Assembly (NCBI GenBank): GCA_038882975.1
Contig: JAVZNE010000010.1
Location: forward strand, 1 to 53,668
DNA: 53,668 nt
Reading direction: 5' to 3'
Origin: Candidatus Bathyarchaeia archaeon
Lineage (GTDB): Archaea; Thermoproteota; Bathyarchaeia; Bathyarchaeales; Bathycorpusculaceae
The notes under the pieces were generated by a model. The model saw only the letters and a list, made by a program, of their open reading frames with translations. It was not told the DNA's origin and searched no databases. This document shows, piece after piece, positions 9,544 to 21,092 of this stretch (its first letter is position 1; each line of letters opens with the position of its first letter). The translations under genes and the position numbers were made by a program.

Positions 9544-10508
9544 TACTCCAAAACCTCTATTGAGTCCACTTTACCATCACCGTCTAAATCAAAGCCTTGA
9601 ATCACTTTGGCAAAGGTATCCTCGCCCCTATAATTCCCCAACGTCTTATCATGGAAGTTCGTCAGCGCTAAAACACAAGCTTTAGTGCCAACAGCCTTAT
9701 TCCCAGCCAAAACCACAACCCGCTTGCCCTTATCCCATGGATTAACAATCTTCGCTACAAGCCCAACAGCATCGGCCGTATAAACCCTTCCAGTCTTGAC
9801 TGAAACCAAACCACCAAACAAGAAACCCTGCTCTGATGGCTGCATGTTAAACTTTAAGGGCAGATACTCATTCAATTCCTGTGTCAAAAGGTTCGTTCCG
9901 GGACCACCCACAAGGATCAGATTGTTTTTTTCTTCCTTTTCAGCCTTAACATCCACGTCGAGTTTCACAGCAAAATCCCCAGGCATCCGAGTAAATTGTC
10001 CAAGAAAGAAAGCCAGATGGGAGGCATAATGACCATCCCGAGCACTTGTTTTGAAGGGTCCGTGAGGCGTTGGGCTGCCCACAACAATTTTACCATCAAA
10101 ACATCCATCTTTGCGGATAAACTCGCTGAAAAATCTTCGGACTTGTTCGCCAATAATGGCAAATGGAGGTTTTTCCATGGTTTTGTATCCTTTTGGCAGC
10201 TCTATTCCGAAGGCTGTGGAGGCTGCCGTGTAATATTTAGCTATGGCTCCCTTCTTCTCCTCCTGCCTCGCAACTGTTATAGCTCCAGCTTTAACCAGCT
10301 TCCTTATATGATAGTAAACCTTTTGCTCGTGGATTCCAAGCTCCTTTGCAATTTCAAGGGGATACATCGCCCTCTCAGAAAGCATAACTAAAATTTTCCA
10401 GCTAAGCCTATTCAAAATGAGTTTAAGCTTCTGCGGGTCGTCGAAAACCTTAATCTCCTTAACCATCTGCGTTTTGCCATTATCGTGCAGTAGCAGTTTT
10501 TTACCCAT
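9543..10508 (-). CDS. ArsR-type wHTH transcription regulator with C-terminal alpha/beta (S-layer-C-like) sensor domain
   Basis: YPLEIAKELGIHEQKVYYHIRKL HTH; C-terminal IVVGSP.PHG and NLILVGGP..N. Start taken as ATG 10508. Confidence 0.8.
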   Translation of the reverse strand: MGKKLLLHDNGKTQMVKEIKVFDDPQKLKLILNRLSWKILVMLSERAMYPLEIAKELGIHEQKVYYHIRKLVKAGAITVARQEEKKGAIAKYYTAASTAFGIELPKGYKTMEKPPFAIIGEQVRRFFSEFIRKDGCFDGKIVVGSPTPHGPFKTSARDGHYASHLAFFLGQFTRMPGDFAVKLDVDVKAEKEEKNNLILVGGPGTNLLTQELNEYLPLKFNMQPSEQGFLFGGLVSVKTGRVYTADAVGLVAKIVNPWDKGKRVVVLAGNKAVGTKACVLALTNFHDKTLGNYRGEDTFAKVIQGFDLDGDGKVDSIEVLE

Positions 10509-10608
10509 GACTTTTCCATATGCATAATCTTGCTCTATTATTAAAATTTTTATTACGGTGAACGAAAGAGATAACCACAAAAGCCAATAAAAGAAGGATA
10601 AAAATAAA

Positions 10609-11601
10609 ATGATTGGCTGCTACGTGACAGGCATAATGCCAAGACCAAAGGAGCTGATTGAAGCTACAAGAGCCTATGAAAGGCAGAAAATAAGCGAAGA
10701 TGAGCTGGAAAAAACCTTCAAAGAAGCAACAATAAAAGTTATAGAGGCACAAGCATCCGCTAGGCTAAGTTATGTCACGGACGGAATGCTTAAATGGCAG
10801 GATCTGCTGAGACCCTTCACCGAAAATCTTGAGGGCATAAAGGTTGGAGCCCTCGCAAGGTGGTTTAATAATAACACCTTTTATAGGAAGCCTATTGTTC
10901 AAGGCGAAATTCAGCGTAAGAAAGCCGTGGTCGCAGAGCTAGCCTATATGGAATACTTGCCAAGAGGTACTCCATGGAAAGCCATATTGCCGGCACCCTA
11001 CACTTTGGCAAGACTGTCGGAAAACAAGTTTTACAAAAGTGAAAGGGAGCTGATGTTCAGCTATGCGGATGTTCTAAAAGCCGAAATTGAAAGCTTAACA
11101 AAAAAGGGTTTTAAGTATGTTCAGCTAAGCGAACCAGCACTCGTCTACAACCCATTAAAGGAACCAATTTCTAAGGATACGCTTGCCGATGTCAAAGAAG
11201 CCCTAAAAATCGCTGTTAGGAGCGCGAATGTGAGAACTTGTCTTCAAACCTTTTTCGGAGACTTTTCGCAAATTCTGCCAGAAGCCCTAGACTTCCCTAT
11301 TGACGACTTGGGAGTAGACCTATACGAAACTAGCCTAGAAAAACTGAAAGAACATGACTTCACTAAGGGTGTTGCCTTAGGACTTGTGGACGTCCGCAGC
11401 TCTCTAATAGAGGATGAGAATGAGCTTTTCAAAGTGGCTGAAGAGCTTACCGAATCCATTTACCCGTCAAAGATTTATGACATCTTTATCTGTCCAAACT
11501 GTGATTTGGAGTTTCTACCTTGGGAGAGAGCACAGGAAAAAATACGGGTTGTTAGTCGCGTAGCCAAACACCTAAAAGCGGAGTTGGGCATTCATGAATA
11601 A
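10609..11601 (+). CDS. MetE N-terminal-like subunit of split cobalamin-independent methionine synthase
   Basis: PRPKEL, TDGMLKWQD, RWFNNNTFYRKP and VQLSEP; overlaps the next gene (ATGAATAA). Confidence 0.85.
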   Translation: MIGCYVTGIMPRPKELIEATRAYERQKISEDELEKTFKEATIKVIEAQASARLSYVTDGMLKWQDLLRPFTENLEGIKVGALARWFNNNTFYRKPIVQGEIQRKKAVVAELAYMEYLPRGTPWKAILPAPYTLARLSENKFYKSERELMFSYADVLKAEIESLTKKGFKYVQLSEPALVYNPLKEPISKDTLADVKEALKIAVRSANVRTCLQTFFGDFSQILPEALDFPIDDLGVDLYETSLEKLKEHDFTKGVALGLVDVRSSLIEDENELFKVAEELTESIYPSKIYDIFICPNCDLEFLPWERAQEKIRVVSRVAKHLKAELGIHE

Positions 11602-12748
11602 GCTTTTCCAAACGCAGGAGATAGGAAGCCTCGCTAAGCCAGCATGGAGAGTTAAGGGATACAGAGGCGAATCCCTATCGGAAAGCGAGATAGCTGAGGC
11701 TGTAAGCTGGGGTCAAAGACTAGGAATAGAAGGCGTGGACAAACTCGTTATGATTCTAAAGAAAAGGGAAAGAACACCAGAGGATAAGAGGGCTATTCTT
11801 GAGTGGTCTGCGAAGTTTGTTATTCGTTTCTTTGAGAATGCGGGGCTTGACGTAATCTTTGACGGTGAGCAGTGGCGTTCAGAAATGTATGAACATGTTA
11901 TTAGGAACGTTGAAGGCTTCAAATTTTTGGGATACGTGAAATCCTTTGACTACAGATACTTTAACAAGGCTGCATGTATAAGTAAGCCAAAATATGTAAA
12001 ACCCTTCTATGTTGAAGAATTCGCCTTTACACGCGAAAATACCAGCAGAGAGGTTAAAGTGCCCTTCACTGGTCCTTACACGCTTGTCGACTGGACATTT
12101 AACGAATATTACGAGAAAAAGCTCAGCGGCGAAATTGGAGACTTTAGGCAAAGGAAACTGGAAGCCCGGAGGGAGTTTCTCTTCGACCTAATAAAAGAAG
12201 TCATAAGACCAGAAATAAGTAGGCTCGTTGAAGCTGGAGCCAAATGGATTCAAATAGATGAACCAGCAGCGACCACAAACCCGTCAGCAGAAGAAATGGA
12301 ACTTTTTGTGGAGGCCTTCAACGAGACCGTTAAGGGGTTTAACTGCACCTTCAGCCTCCACAACTGCTACAGCAACTATGAAGTGTTGGCGAAATATGCT
12401 GCCGAACTGCGAAACTGCAGTCTGCTAGCTTTGGAATTCGCCAACAGAGACAGCAGACAAGCCGGAACTGGCGAAGTGCGCGTGGGCTATAGGGAGCTGA
12501 AGCTCTTTGAGGATTACGGCTTCGAGGGAAAGTATGGTTTGGGTGTAATAGACGTCCACACAGACTTTATCGAACCGCCAGAGCTTGTGAGGGACAGAGT
12601 ACTCCACGCAACTAAAATCGTCAGAGACCCAAGTAGAATATTTGTGAGCACCGACTGTGGACTAAGAACCAGAACATGGGAGGTAAGCTTTGCAAAACTG
12701 AAAAACATGGTTTTAGGCGCCGGACTGGCAAGGAAAGCGGTGACGTAA
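11594..12748 (+). CDS. metE: Methionine synthase catalytic (MetE C-terminal/core) subunit
   Basis: EIGSLAKP, DGEQWR, TGPYTL, IQIDEPA, Zn ligands HNC, GVIDVH and DCGLR. Confidence 0.9.
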   Translation: MNKLFQTQEIGSLAKPAWRVKGYRGESLSESEIAEAVSWGQRLGIEGVDKLVMILKKRERTPEDKRAILEWSAKFVIRFFENAGLDVIFDGEQWRSEMYEHVIRNVEGFKFLGYVKSFDYRYFNKAACISKPKYVKPFYVEEFAFTRENTSREVKVPFTGPYTLVDWTFNEYYEKKLSGEIGDFRQRKLEARREFLFDLIKEVIRPEISRLVEAGAKWIQIDEPAATTNPSAEEMELFVEAFNETVKGFNCTFSLHNCYSNYEVLAKYAAELRNCSLLALEFANRDSRQAGTGEVRVGYRELKLFEDYGFEGKYGLGVIDVHTDFIEPPELVRDRVLHATKIVRDPSRIFVSTDCGLRTRTWEVSFAKLKNMVLGAGLARKAVT

Positions 12749-12767
12749 GCGAACCGTTATGAAATTT

Positions 12768-12809
12768 TTTGTAAATATTATTAAAAATTTGTAAATATTA
12801 TTAAAAATT
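12768..12809. repeat. Exact 20-bp tandem direct repeat (TTTGTAAATATTATTAAAAA x2)
   Basis: Read directly at 12768-12787 and 12788-12807. Confidence 0.9.
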
Positions 12810-12958
12810 AGTTAATAAATCAAGTCTTCAACAACGTGTAATTGGCGAAGAAGCCTATAGAAAATTTTCAGAGCTGAAATTTTTCTCTTAAAAATGCTTA
12901 TTACCAAAACAACCCCTAAATAAGGCTGCAAAAACTGCAAGAGAACAGTGACAAAAGC

Positions 12959-14788
12959 ATGTGCGGAATATTTGGATGCATTTTAAGGGAAGGAGCCGCA
13001 GCACCAATAGTGCACCAAGCCCTTAAAAGGCTGGAATATCGTGGCTACGACTCTGTGGGCGAAGCAACAATACATGAAGGGAAACTCTACATTAAAAAGG
13101 ACAGCGGGAAAATAGACGAAGTTCACAAAATCCACAACCTTGACGACTTGCCCGGCTGCATAGGTATAGGCCATACAAGGTGGGCCACGCATGGAGCACC
13201 ATTAATGATTAACGCGCATCCCCATGTTGATTGTAATGGGCAAATAGCCGTCGTTCACAACGGAATCATCGAGAACTTCGCAGAGCTGAAACTTGAACTA
13301 GAAGGGAAAGGCCACGTCTTCCAGTCAAGAACGGACACCGAGGTTATAGCCCATCTTATTGAGGAAGCATTCAAGGCAAATCCTTCCTTGAAACTGGTGG
13401 ACGCTGTTCTTGAGGCTGTGAGAAGGCTTGAAGGCTCTTATGCAATTGCGGTAATTTCGCCAAAAGAGCCGGACAAAATAGTGTGTGCTAGACGCGAGAG
13501 CCCACTTGTTATAGGGCTTGGAGAAAACGCACTTTATTGCGCCTCGGATATACCAGCGTTTTTACCATTAACCAATAAGGCAGTTATAATTGAAGACGGA
13601 GAAATAGTAACCCTATCCTTCGAAGGTCTGGAAATTAGAAAAATTGCGGATTTCAGCCCGGTGATACGGGAGCCAAAGCTCATCGACTGGACTCCTGAAA
13701 TGGCTGTTAAGCAAGGTTATCCCCATTTTATGTTGAAGGAGATTCATGAGCAGCCAGCATGCCTACGGAACACTTTGAGGTTGCAGGAGCATTACCTAGA
13801 TTTGATGGCAACATTCTTAGACCGCGCCAAAGAAGTATTCTTGGTAGCTTGCGGCACATCATATCACGCGTGTCTGGCAGCCTCATACATGTTTTCTAAA
13901 CTCGCCTTTCTGGCAACATATCCAGTTATAGCCTCGGAATTCATAGAGCAGCATGGCAAATCAGTAAATATTGACAGCACAATATTGGCTGTAAGCCAAT
14001 CAGGCGAGACTGCGGATACTCTTGCCGCGGTAAACGCCGCCCGTCAAAGAGCGGCAACGGTTCTAGGGCTCACAAATGTTATCGGCTCAACATTAACAAG
14101 AGTTTCACGAGTTTACATCAGTCAGCAATCTGGTCCAGAAATCGGTGTGGCTGCGACCAAAACCTTCACCTCACAGCTTTCGGTTCTCGCTCAGCTTGCG
14201 CTGAGGCTCGCAAAGAAGAGAGGTAAGATTTCACAAGATGAGATGGACTTTATAGATGCAAAGCTAAAGAAGCTTCCAGACATCGTGGAAACAGTAATAA
14301 CCACACAAGAGGAGAAAGTTAAAGCCATAGCGAAGAAATACAAGGATGCGAAGGTTTTCTTCTTTCTAGGACGTGGTATAAGCACAGCCACAGCCTATGA
14401 GGGCAGGCTTAAACTAATGGAGATAGCCTACATTCCAGCAATAGCATTTCCAGCCGGAGAAAGCAAACATGGACCAATAAGCCTAATTGAAGAGGGTTTT
14501 CCAGTAGTTTTCATATGCCCCAAAGATGATACACATAAAACGATTATAGGTAATATCATGGAGATGAAAGCCAGAGGAGCCTCAATAATAGCCGTCATAG
14601 AAGAAGGAGACGAGGAGGTCAAAGGGCTTGCGGATGACTATGTTGAAGTACCAAAGGGCATACCAGATATACTATCGCCCATACCATTTGTTGTTCCACT
14701 GCAGCTTTTGGCATATTATATGGCTGTTGAAAGAGGCTACGACCCTGACAAGCCCAGAAACTTGGCTAAGTCTGTGACTGTAAAGTAG
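12959..14788 (+). CDS. glmS: Glutamine--fructose-6-phosphate transaminase
   Basis: MCGIFG, LEYRGYDS, HTRWATHG, SQSGETADT and PRNLAKSVTV. Confidence 0.98.
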   Translation: MCGIFGCILREGAAAPIVHQALKRLEYRGYDSVGEATIHEGKLYIKKDSGKIDEVHKIHNLDDLPGCIGIGHTRWATHGAPLMINAHPHVDCNGQIAVVHNGIIENFAELKLELEGKGHVFQSRTDTEVIAHLIEEAFKANPSLKLVDAVLEAVRRLEGSYAIAVISPKEPDKIVCARRESPLVIGLGENALYCASDIPAFLPLTNKAVIIEDGEIVTLSFEGLEIRKIADFSPVIREPKLIDWTPEMAVKQGYPHFMLKEIHEQPACLRNTLRLQEHYLDLMATFLDRAKEVFLVACGTSYHACLAASYMFSKLAFLATYPVIASEFIEQHGKSVNIDSTILAVSQSGETADTLAAVNAARQRAATVLGLTNVIGSTLTRVSRVYISQQSGPEIGVAATKTFTSQLSVLAQLALRLAKKRGKISQDEMDFIDAKLKKLPDIVETVITTQEEKVKAIAKKYKDAKVFFFLGRGISTATAYEGRLKLMEIAYIPAIAFPAGESKHGPISLIEEGFPVVFICPKDDTHKTIIGNIMEMKARGASIIAVIEEGDEEVKGLADDYVEVPKGIPDILSPIPFVVPLQLLAYYMAVERGYDPDKPRNLAKSVTVK

Positions 14789-14837
14789 CGCTTCAAATTT
14801 GTAATACAAATCAGTTAAATGCTCATTCTACCTATTT

Positions 14838-15562
14838 TTGATATGGTGCAAAAGTTTGGAGAGAGACTGGGAACGGCTGATTGAGGATCTGATAAGGGAG
14901 GGCATACTCCGCTCCCCAAAAGTGATTAAGGCAATGCGTAAAGTGCCGAGAGCAAAGTTTCTGCCAGAAAACATGCAATCTTACAGCGCGGTAGATACGC
15001 CTCTTCCAATTGGTTTTGGGCAGACAGTCTCAGCGCCACATAGCCTTGGCTTCGGGCCTCGGCTAGGCGAGACATGGTTGCAATAATGAATGAAGCCCTC
15101 CAATTGGATGTGGGCAACAAAGTCCTCGAGGTGGGAGCAGGTTCAGGCTGGCATGCTGCCACAATAGCTGAAATAGTGGCGCCAAGCGAAGTTCCCAGAA
15201 GCGAGTGGGGTCACGTTTACACGGTCGAGATAATTGAAGGTTTAGCGGAATTCGCAAGAAGAAACATCATGAAAGCTGGATACAGCGACCGGGTAACAAT
15301 AATCTGCGGAGATGGCTCCCTGGGATACCCAGAAAAGGCGCCATACGACAGAATAGTTGTCACGGCGGCAGCTCCAGATGTACCAAAACCTCTAATTGAA
15401 CAGCTAAAAAACGGCGGAATAATGCTCATTCCTGTTGGAACCATGCATCTCTTCCAAAGTTTGATAAAAGTTGTAAAAGGCGCTAATGGAGAAATCACGC
15501 GTGAGAATCTGGGTGGTGTTGCTTTTGTGCCTTTAACTGGGCGTTATGGACATAAACTTTAA
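14838..15562 (+). CDS. pcm: Protein-L-isoaspartate O-methyltransferase, interrupted by a 32-nt BHB intron candidate (join 14838..15039, 15072..15562; 230 aa)
   Basis: Exon 1: AMRKVPR.KF...[16 protein letters not shown]. Exon 2: [34 protein letters not shown] and FVPL. Start could alternatively be TTG 14856. Confidence 0.93.
15040..15071 (+). other. Candidate bulge-helix-bulge mRNA intron in pcm
   Basis: CGCC/GGCG 4-bp helix; 3-nt bulges ACA and AGA on opposite strands; TAGCC/GGCTA intron stem. Removal gives CCA CAC ATG (P-H-M). Confidence 0.85.
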
Positions 15563-15569
15563 CTTTGTT

Positions 15570-16868
15570 TTAACCTGTTTCGAGTTTTTCTCTATACGCC
15601 GCTAAGTCTAGGAAACCATGTCCACTAATATTCATGCAAATAACTTTCTCAACTCCGGCTTTCTCGGCTTTTATAGCCTCGTCTATTCCAGTGCGGATAG
15701 CATAACTAGACTCCGGAGCGGGCAACCACCCCTCACTTTGAAGAAAAATCCTCGCAGCTTCAAAAATGGCCTTTTCATCTGCGGGGTAAGCCACCGCATT
15801 AACCAGTCCATGATGCCTTAGGAGGCTTATTATTGGGGCAGCTGCATGATAGCGAAGGCCGTCGGCCTTTATGGGTGGCATCTCAACCTTATGCCCCAAA
15901 GTGTAAACCTTCAAGAGTGGTGTATATTCAGCCACATCGCAAAAATCATAACGATATTCGCCTTTAACAAGGTTAGGCGCAGCCATTGACTGAGCAGCCA
16001 GAAACTCACACTCACGTTTTCCTCTCAAAACTTCACCAATGAATGGTAGGGCTATGCCTCCAAAGTTTGAGCCTCCTCCGAGACAGCCAATTATCAGATC
16101 TGGTTTCTCATCTATGAGGTCAAACTGCTTCATGGCTTCCAAACCGATTATGGACTGGTGCATTAACACATGGTTAAGAACAGAGCCCAAACAGTAAACA
16201 GCATCTTCATGGGTCTCAGCATACTCTAAACCTTCTGAAATCGCTATTCCAAGCGAGCCAGGGTGCTCAGGGCTTTTTGAAAGAACCTCTCTGCCAATTT
16301 TTGTCTGCTGACTTGGAGAAGCATAAACCTTCGCGCCTAAAAGTTCCATTAACGTTCTTCTATCCGATTTCCAGTTGTAGACGGATTTAACCCAGAAAAC
16401 CACACAGTTTAAACCCAAAAGCCGCGCGGCATAGGAGAGGGCTGTTCCCCACTGTCCAGCACCTGTTTCTGTTGTCAGAGTTGTTTTTCCCTCTTTCATG
16501 GCGTAATAAGCTTGTGCAACCGCCGTGTTAGTCTTATGGGAACCAGTTGGAGACAAATCCTCCCGCTTGTAATAAAGTCTAACCTTCTTAAGCCCCAAAC
16601 GTTTTTCTAACCTTACTGCACGGTATAGGGGCCTAGGCCTCCCCATGTGCAAGTAAAGTTCACGAATTTCTTCTGGAATTGGAATCCAACGCTCACTTGA
16701 CATTTCTTGTCTTAAACACTCCTTGACCATGGTCTTGGCCAAAAATTCCATTCGTGAGGGGCCTGTTTCCGGCTCTTTAGGGGGTGGAAGCGTTTCGGGC
16801 AGGTCCGGCAGAATATTATACCATTTTGTTGGTAGTTCATCTAATGAAAGCGGAATTTGGCTTTGCAC
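15570..16868 (-). CDS. trpB2: TrpB-like PLP enzyme (TrpB2)
   Basis: WYNILPDLP, GSHKTNTA, TETGAGQWG, GSVLNHV and GGGSNF. Confidence 0.93.
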   Translation of the reverse strand: MQSQIPLSLDELPTKWYNILPDLPETLPPPKEPETGPSRMEFLAKTMVKECLRQEMSSERWIPIPEEIRELYLHMGRPRPLYRAVRLEKRLGLKKVRLYYKREDLSPTGSHKTNTAVAQAYYAMKEGKTTLTTETGAGQWGTALSYAARLLGLNCVVFWVKSVYNWKSDRRTLMELLGAKVYASPSQQTKIGREVLSKSPEHPGSLGIAISEGLEYAETHEDAVYCLGSVLNHVLMHQSIIGLEAMKQFDLIDEKPDLIIGCLGGGSNFGGIALPFIGEVLRGKRECEFLAAQSMAAPNLVKGEYRYDFCDVAEYTPLLKVYTLGHKVEMPPIKADGLRYHAAAPIISLLRHHGLVNAVAYPADEKAIFEAARIFLQSEGWLPAPESSYAIRTGIDEAIKAEKAGVEKVICMNISGHGFLDLAAYREKLETG

Positions 16869-16935
16869 TCTCCTTTCACCTCTATGAGAAACGTTTTATT
16901 CGGTGGAAGAGGGATTAAAAACTTCCTATATCCGT

Positions 16936-17970
16936 TTAGCCAAACCATCTCTCAAGCGTTGTTTTACCCTTAAGTTTGGATATTCCCTTCTGCATCTTTT
17001 CCAAAGCTTTTCTAACGCGGTCTTCTGAGAAGTCCCTCTCACGGCAAATGAAGTCTACAACCCCATCCACGTCAGGCTCCCGCCACTCTATCTTGTAATT
17101 ATCCGTCACTTTTGGATGTAAGAAAATCTCCTTGATCTTTTGCGGCTCAACCGGAAACTCAGCATTTTTAATGTAGGGTAAAGCATTTTCTAGGCTTCCA
17201 TACTCTTTTATGAGTTTTAGGGCTGTTTTCGGCCCAAGCCCCTTTATGCCTTCGGGATTAAAGTCTGTTCCCACCAATATTCCAACATCAATCAACTGCT
17301 CATGGGTTATTCCACATTCCTTCAAAACTTGCTCAAGTTCAATAACTTCAGGCTCAACTTCAATGTAAACATTTTTCCCCGGAAGCTTCCGCCTTCCAGA
17401 AATTGTCACATTTCTGACAAGGCGGGGTGCGCCAAAAAGTAAGCTGTCATAGTCTTGGCTTGCACAGTAGTCAGCGTCTCCCCGCTTAACTACATGGGCA
17501 GCTTGAGCTTCGCCCTCGCTTGGAGCTTGAATCCATGGAATTCCCATCAGGTCTAGGAGGCGTTTGCTGTCTTCAGCCATGTAATCCTTAAGGCTTGAAG
17601 TTGCTTGCGCATACATTCTAGCTTCTTCAATTTTTCCCTCTCTTAATGCCTGCTCATACTTTGTTAGAGCTTCTTCCTTAGCTTTCATACGCCTCTTGAT
17701 CTCAACCTCCTTTAATGCTGGCGGCACTCCATCAAAAACGTATATGGGTTTTATCCCTAACTCTATTAGGTTACTTGTTCTGTAGAGAAGACCGCTCAAA
17801 TGGCTTGTAATGCGTCCACTACTATCCTTTAATGGTGTGCCGTCGGGCTGTCGAATTATGGCTAAAAACTGGTATAGTGCGTTGTAAGCGTCTATGGCTA
17901 TAGATTTTCCACTTAAATCATCAAGCCTTATAACTGTTTTCGGGACAATGTCCCTAAGATTCACTCCCAA
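16936..17970 (-). CDS. fen: Flap endonuclease 1
   Basis: IDAYNALYQFL, APSEGEAQA, SQDYD, GTDFN and a C-terminal PIP-like TTLERWF. Confidence 0.98.
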   Translation of the reverse strand: MGVNLRDIVPKTVIRLDDLSGKSIAIDAYNALYQFLAIIRQPDGTPLKDSSGRITSHLSGLLYRTSNLIELGIKPIYVFDGVPPALKEVEIKRRMKAKEEALTKYEQALREGKIEEARMYAQATSSLKDYMAEDSKRLLDLMGIPWIQAPSEGEAQAAHVVKRGDADYCASQDYDSLLFGAPRLVRNVTISGRRKLPGKNVYIEVEPEVIELEQVLKECGITHEQLIDVGILVGTDFNPEGIKGLGPKTALKLIKEYGSLENALPYIKNAEFPVEPQKIKEIFLHPKVTDNYKIEWREPDVDGVVDFICRERDFSEDRVRKALEKMQKGISKLKGKTTLERWFG

Positions 17971-18083
17971 AACAGTTCCCGCTGATATTGCATAAGTTTA
18001 AAGTGGGATAATAAATTTGCGAATACCACAATACAGCACATTTTATAAGGAAGCTTGACAATTACAACCATCACCGTTGAGGA

Positions 18084-18278
18084 ATGGAAATGGCTGAAAA
18101 AGCAACAGCAATAACATTGGTCACGTGCACAAGCTGTGGTAAGCCTATCCCACCTGGAGCTGAGGCTACAAAATTTCTCTGCCCAAACTGTGGAGAAATC
18201 CTGATTAGGCGTTGCACGAAATGTCGTAGGTTTGGACGCCAATACAAATGCCCAAAATGCGGTTTTGTTGGACCGTAG
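18084..18278 (+). CDS. Small Zn-finger protein (DUF1610 / HVO_2753 family)
   Basis: [19 protein letters not shown] and [11 protein letters not shown]; conserved position upstream of EF-1beta. Confidence 0.9.
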   Translation: MEMAEKATAITLVTCTSCGKPIPPGAEATKFLCPNCGEILIRRCTKCRRFGRQYKCPKCGFVGP

Positions 18279-18289
18279 GAGGTGTAAAT

Positions 18290-18565
18290 TTGGGAAGTGT
18301 TATAATTTCTTACAAAATTTTTCCGACAGATATAACTGTAAACTTTGAGGATTTAAAGAAGAAGATTGAAGCTTCGCTGCCAGAATTCGCCACTATATAT
18401 GGTTATAGCGAAGAGCCTATAGCTTTTGGTTTGAATGCTTTGATTTGCGCCATCAAGATTCCAGAGGACAAAAGCGGAGTTCTTGAAGAATTAGAAAAAC
18501 GGTTTGAGCAGATAAGCGAAATAAGCCAAGTGCAAACGATAATGGTTAGAAGGATAAGCAGATAA
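18290..18565 (+). CDS. ef1b: Translation elongation factor 1-beta
   Basis: EPIAFGLNAL motif; SD GGAGGTG before TTG 18290. Confidence 0.93.
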   Translation: MGSVIISYKIFPTDITVNFEDLKKKIEASLPEFATIYGYSEEPIAFGLNALICAIKIPEDKSGVLEELEKRFEQISEISQVQTIMVRRISR

Positions 18566-18583
18566 GGTTAAACCTTTATATAG

Positions 18584-20806
<2,223 letters not shown>

Positions 20807-20818
20807 GAGGAAAGCTGC

Positions 20819-21049
20819 ATGTCAACAAAACTATGGAAAACTCAACCCATCTATCATGCACTGCTTGAAATCTTAAAAAAGAAGGGCGCCATGACCGACG
20901 TGGAGCTTTTCGAACACTTAAGTGAGGAATTCAAAGACATAGGGTACAAGGACTTCAACAAGGCACTCATGCAGCTTGAAATAGGCGGAAAGATACGGAC
21001 GACATCCCTTGTTCGTGGGAAGAAACGAGTCGAGCTCGTAAGCTCATAG
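20819..21049 (+). CDS. Small winged-helix protein
   Basis: Helix pattern and LMQLEIGGKI...KKRVEL wing; 12 bp after cdc48. Confidence 0.7.
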   Translation: MSTKLWKTQPIYHALLEILKKKGAMTDVELFEHLSEEFKDIGYKDFNKALMQLEIGGKIRTTSLVRGKKRVELVSS

Positions 21050-21092
21050 CCAAATTTTCCAATCAATTTTGGAACTTTAAATGTGCAGGCAA

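Noticed and set aside
12760-12830. CRISPR remnant or replication origin
   Set aside because: Two adjacent copies without a spacer; no cas or cdc6 gene and no ORB-like motif.
14838-15562. pcm as a simple frameshifted pseudogene or two separate genes
   Set aside because: The break is a discrete 32-nt structured insert, both halves retain all motifs, and BHB-rule excision restores the conserved sequence exactly.
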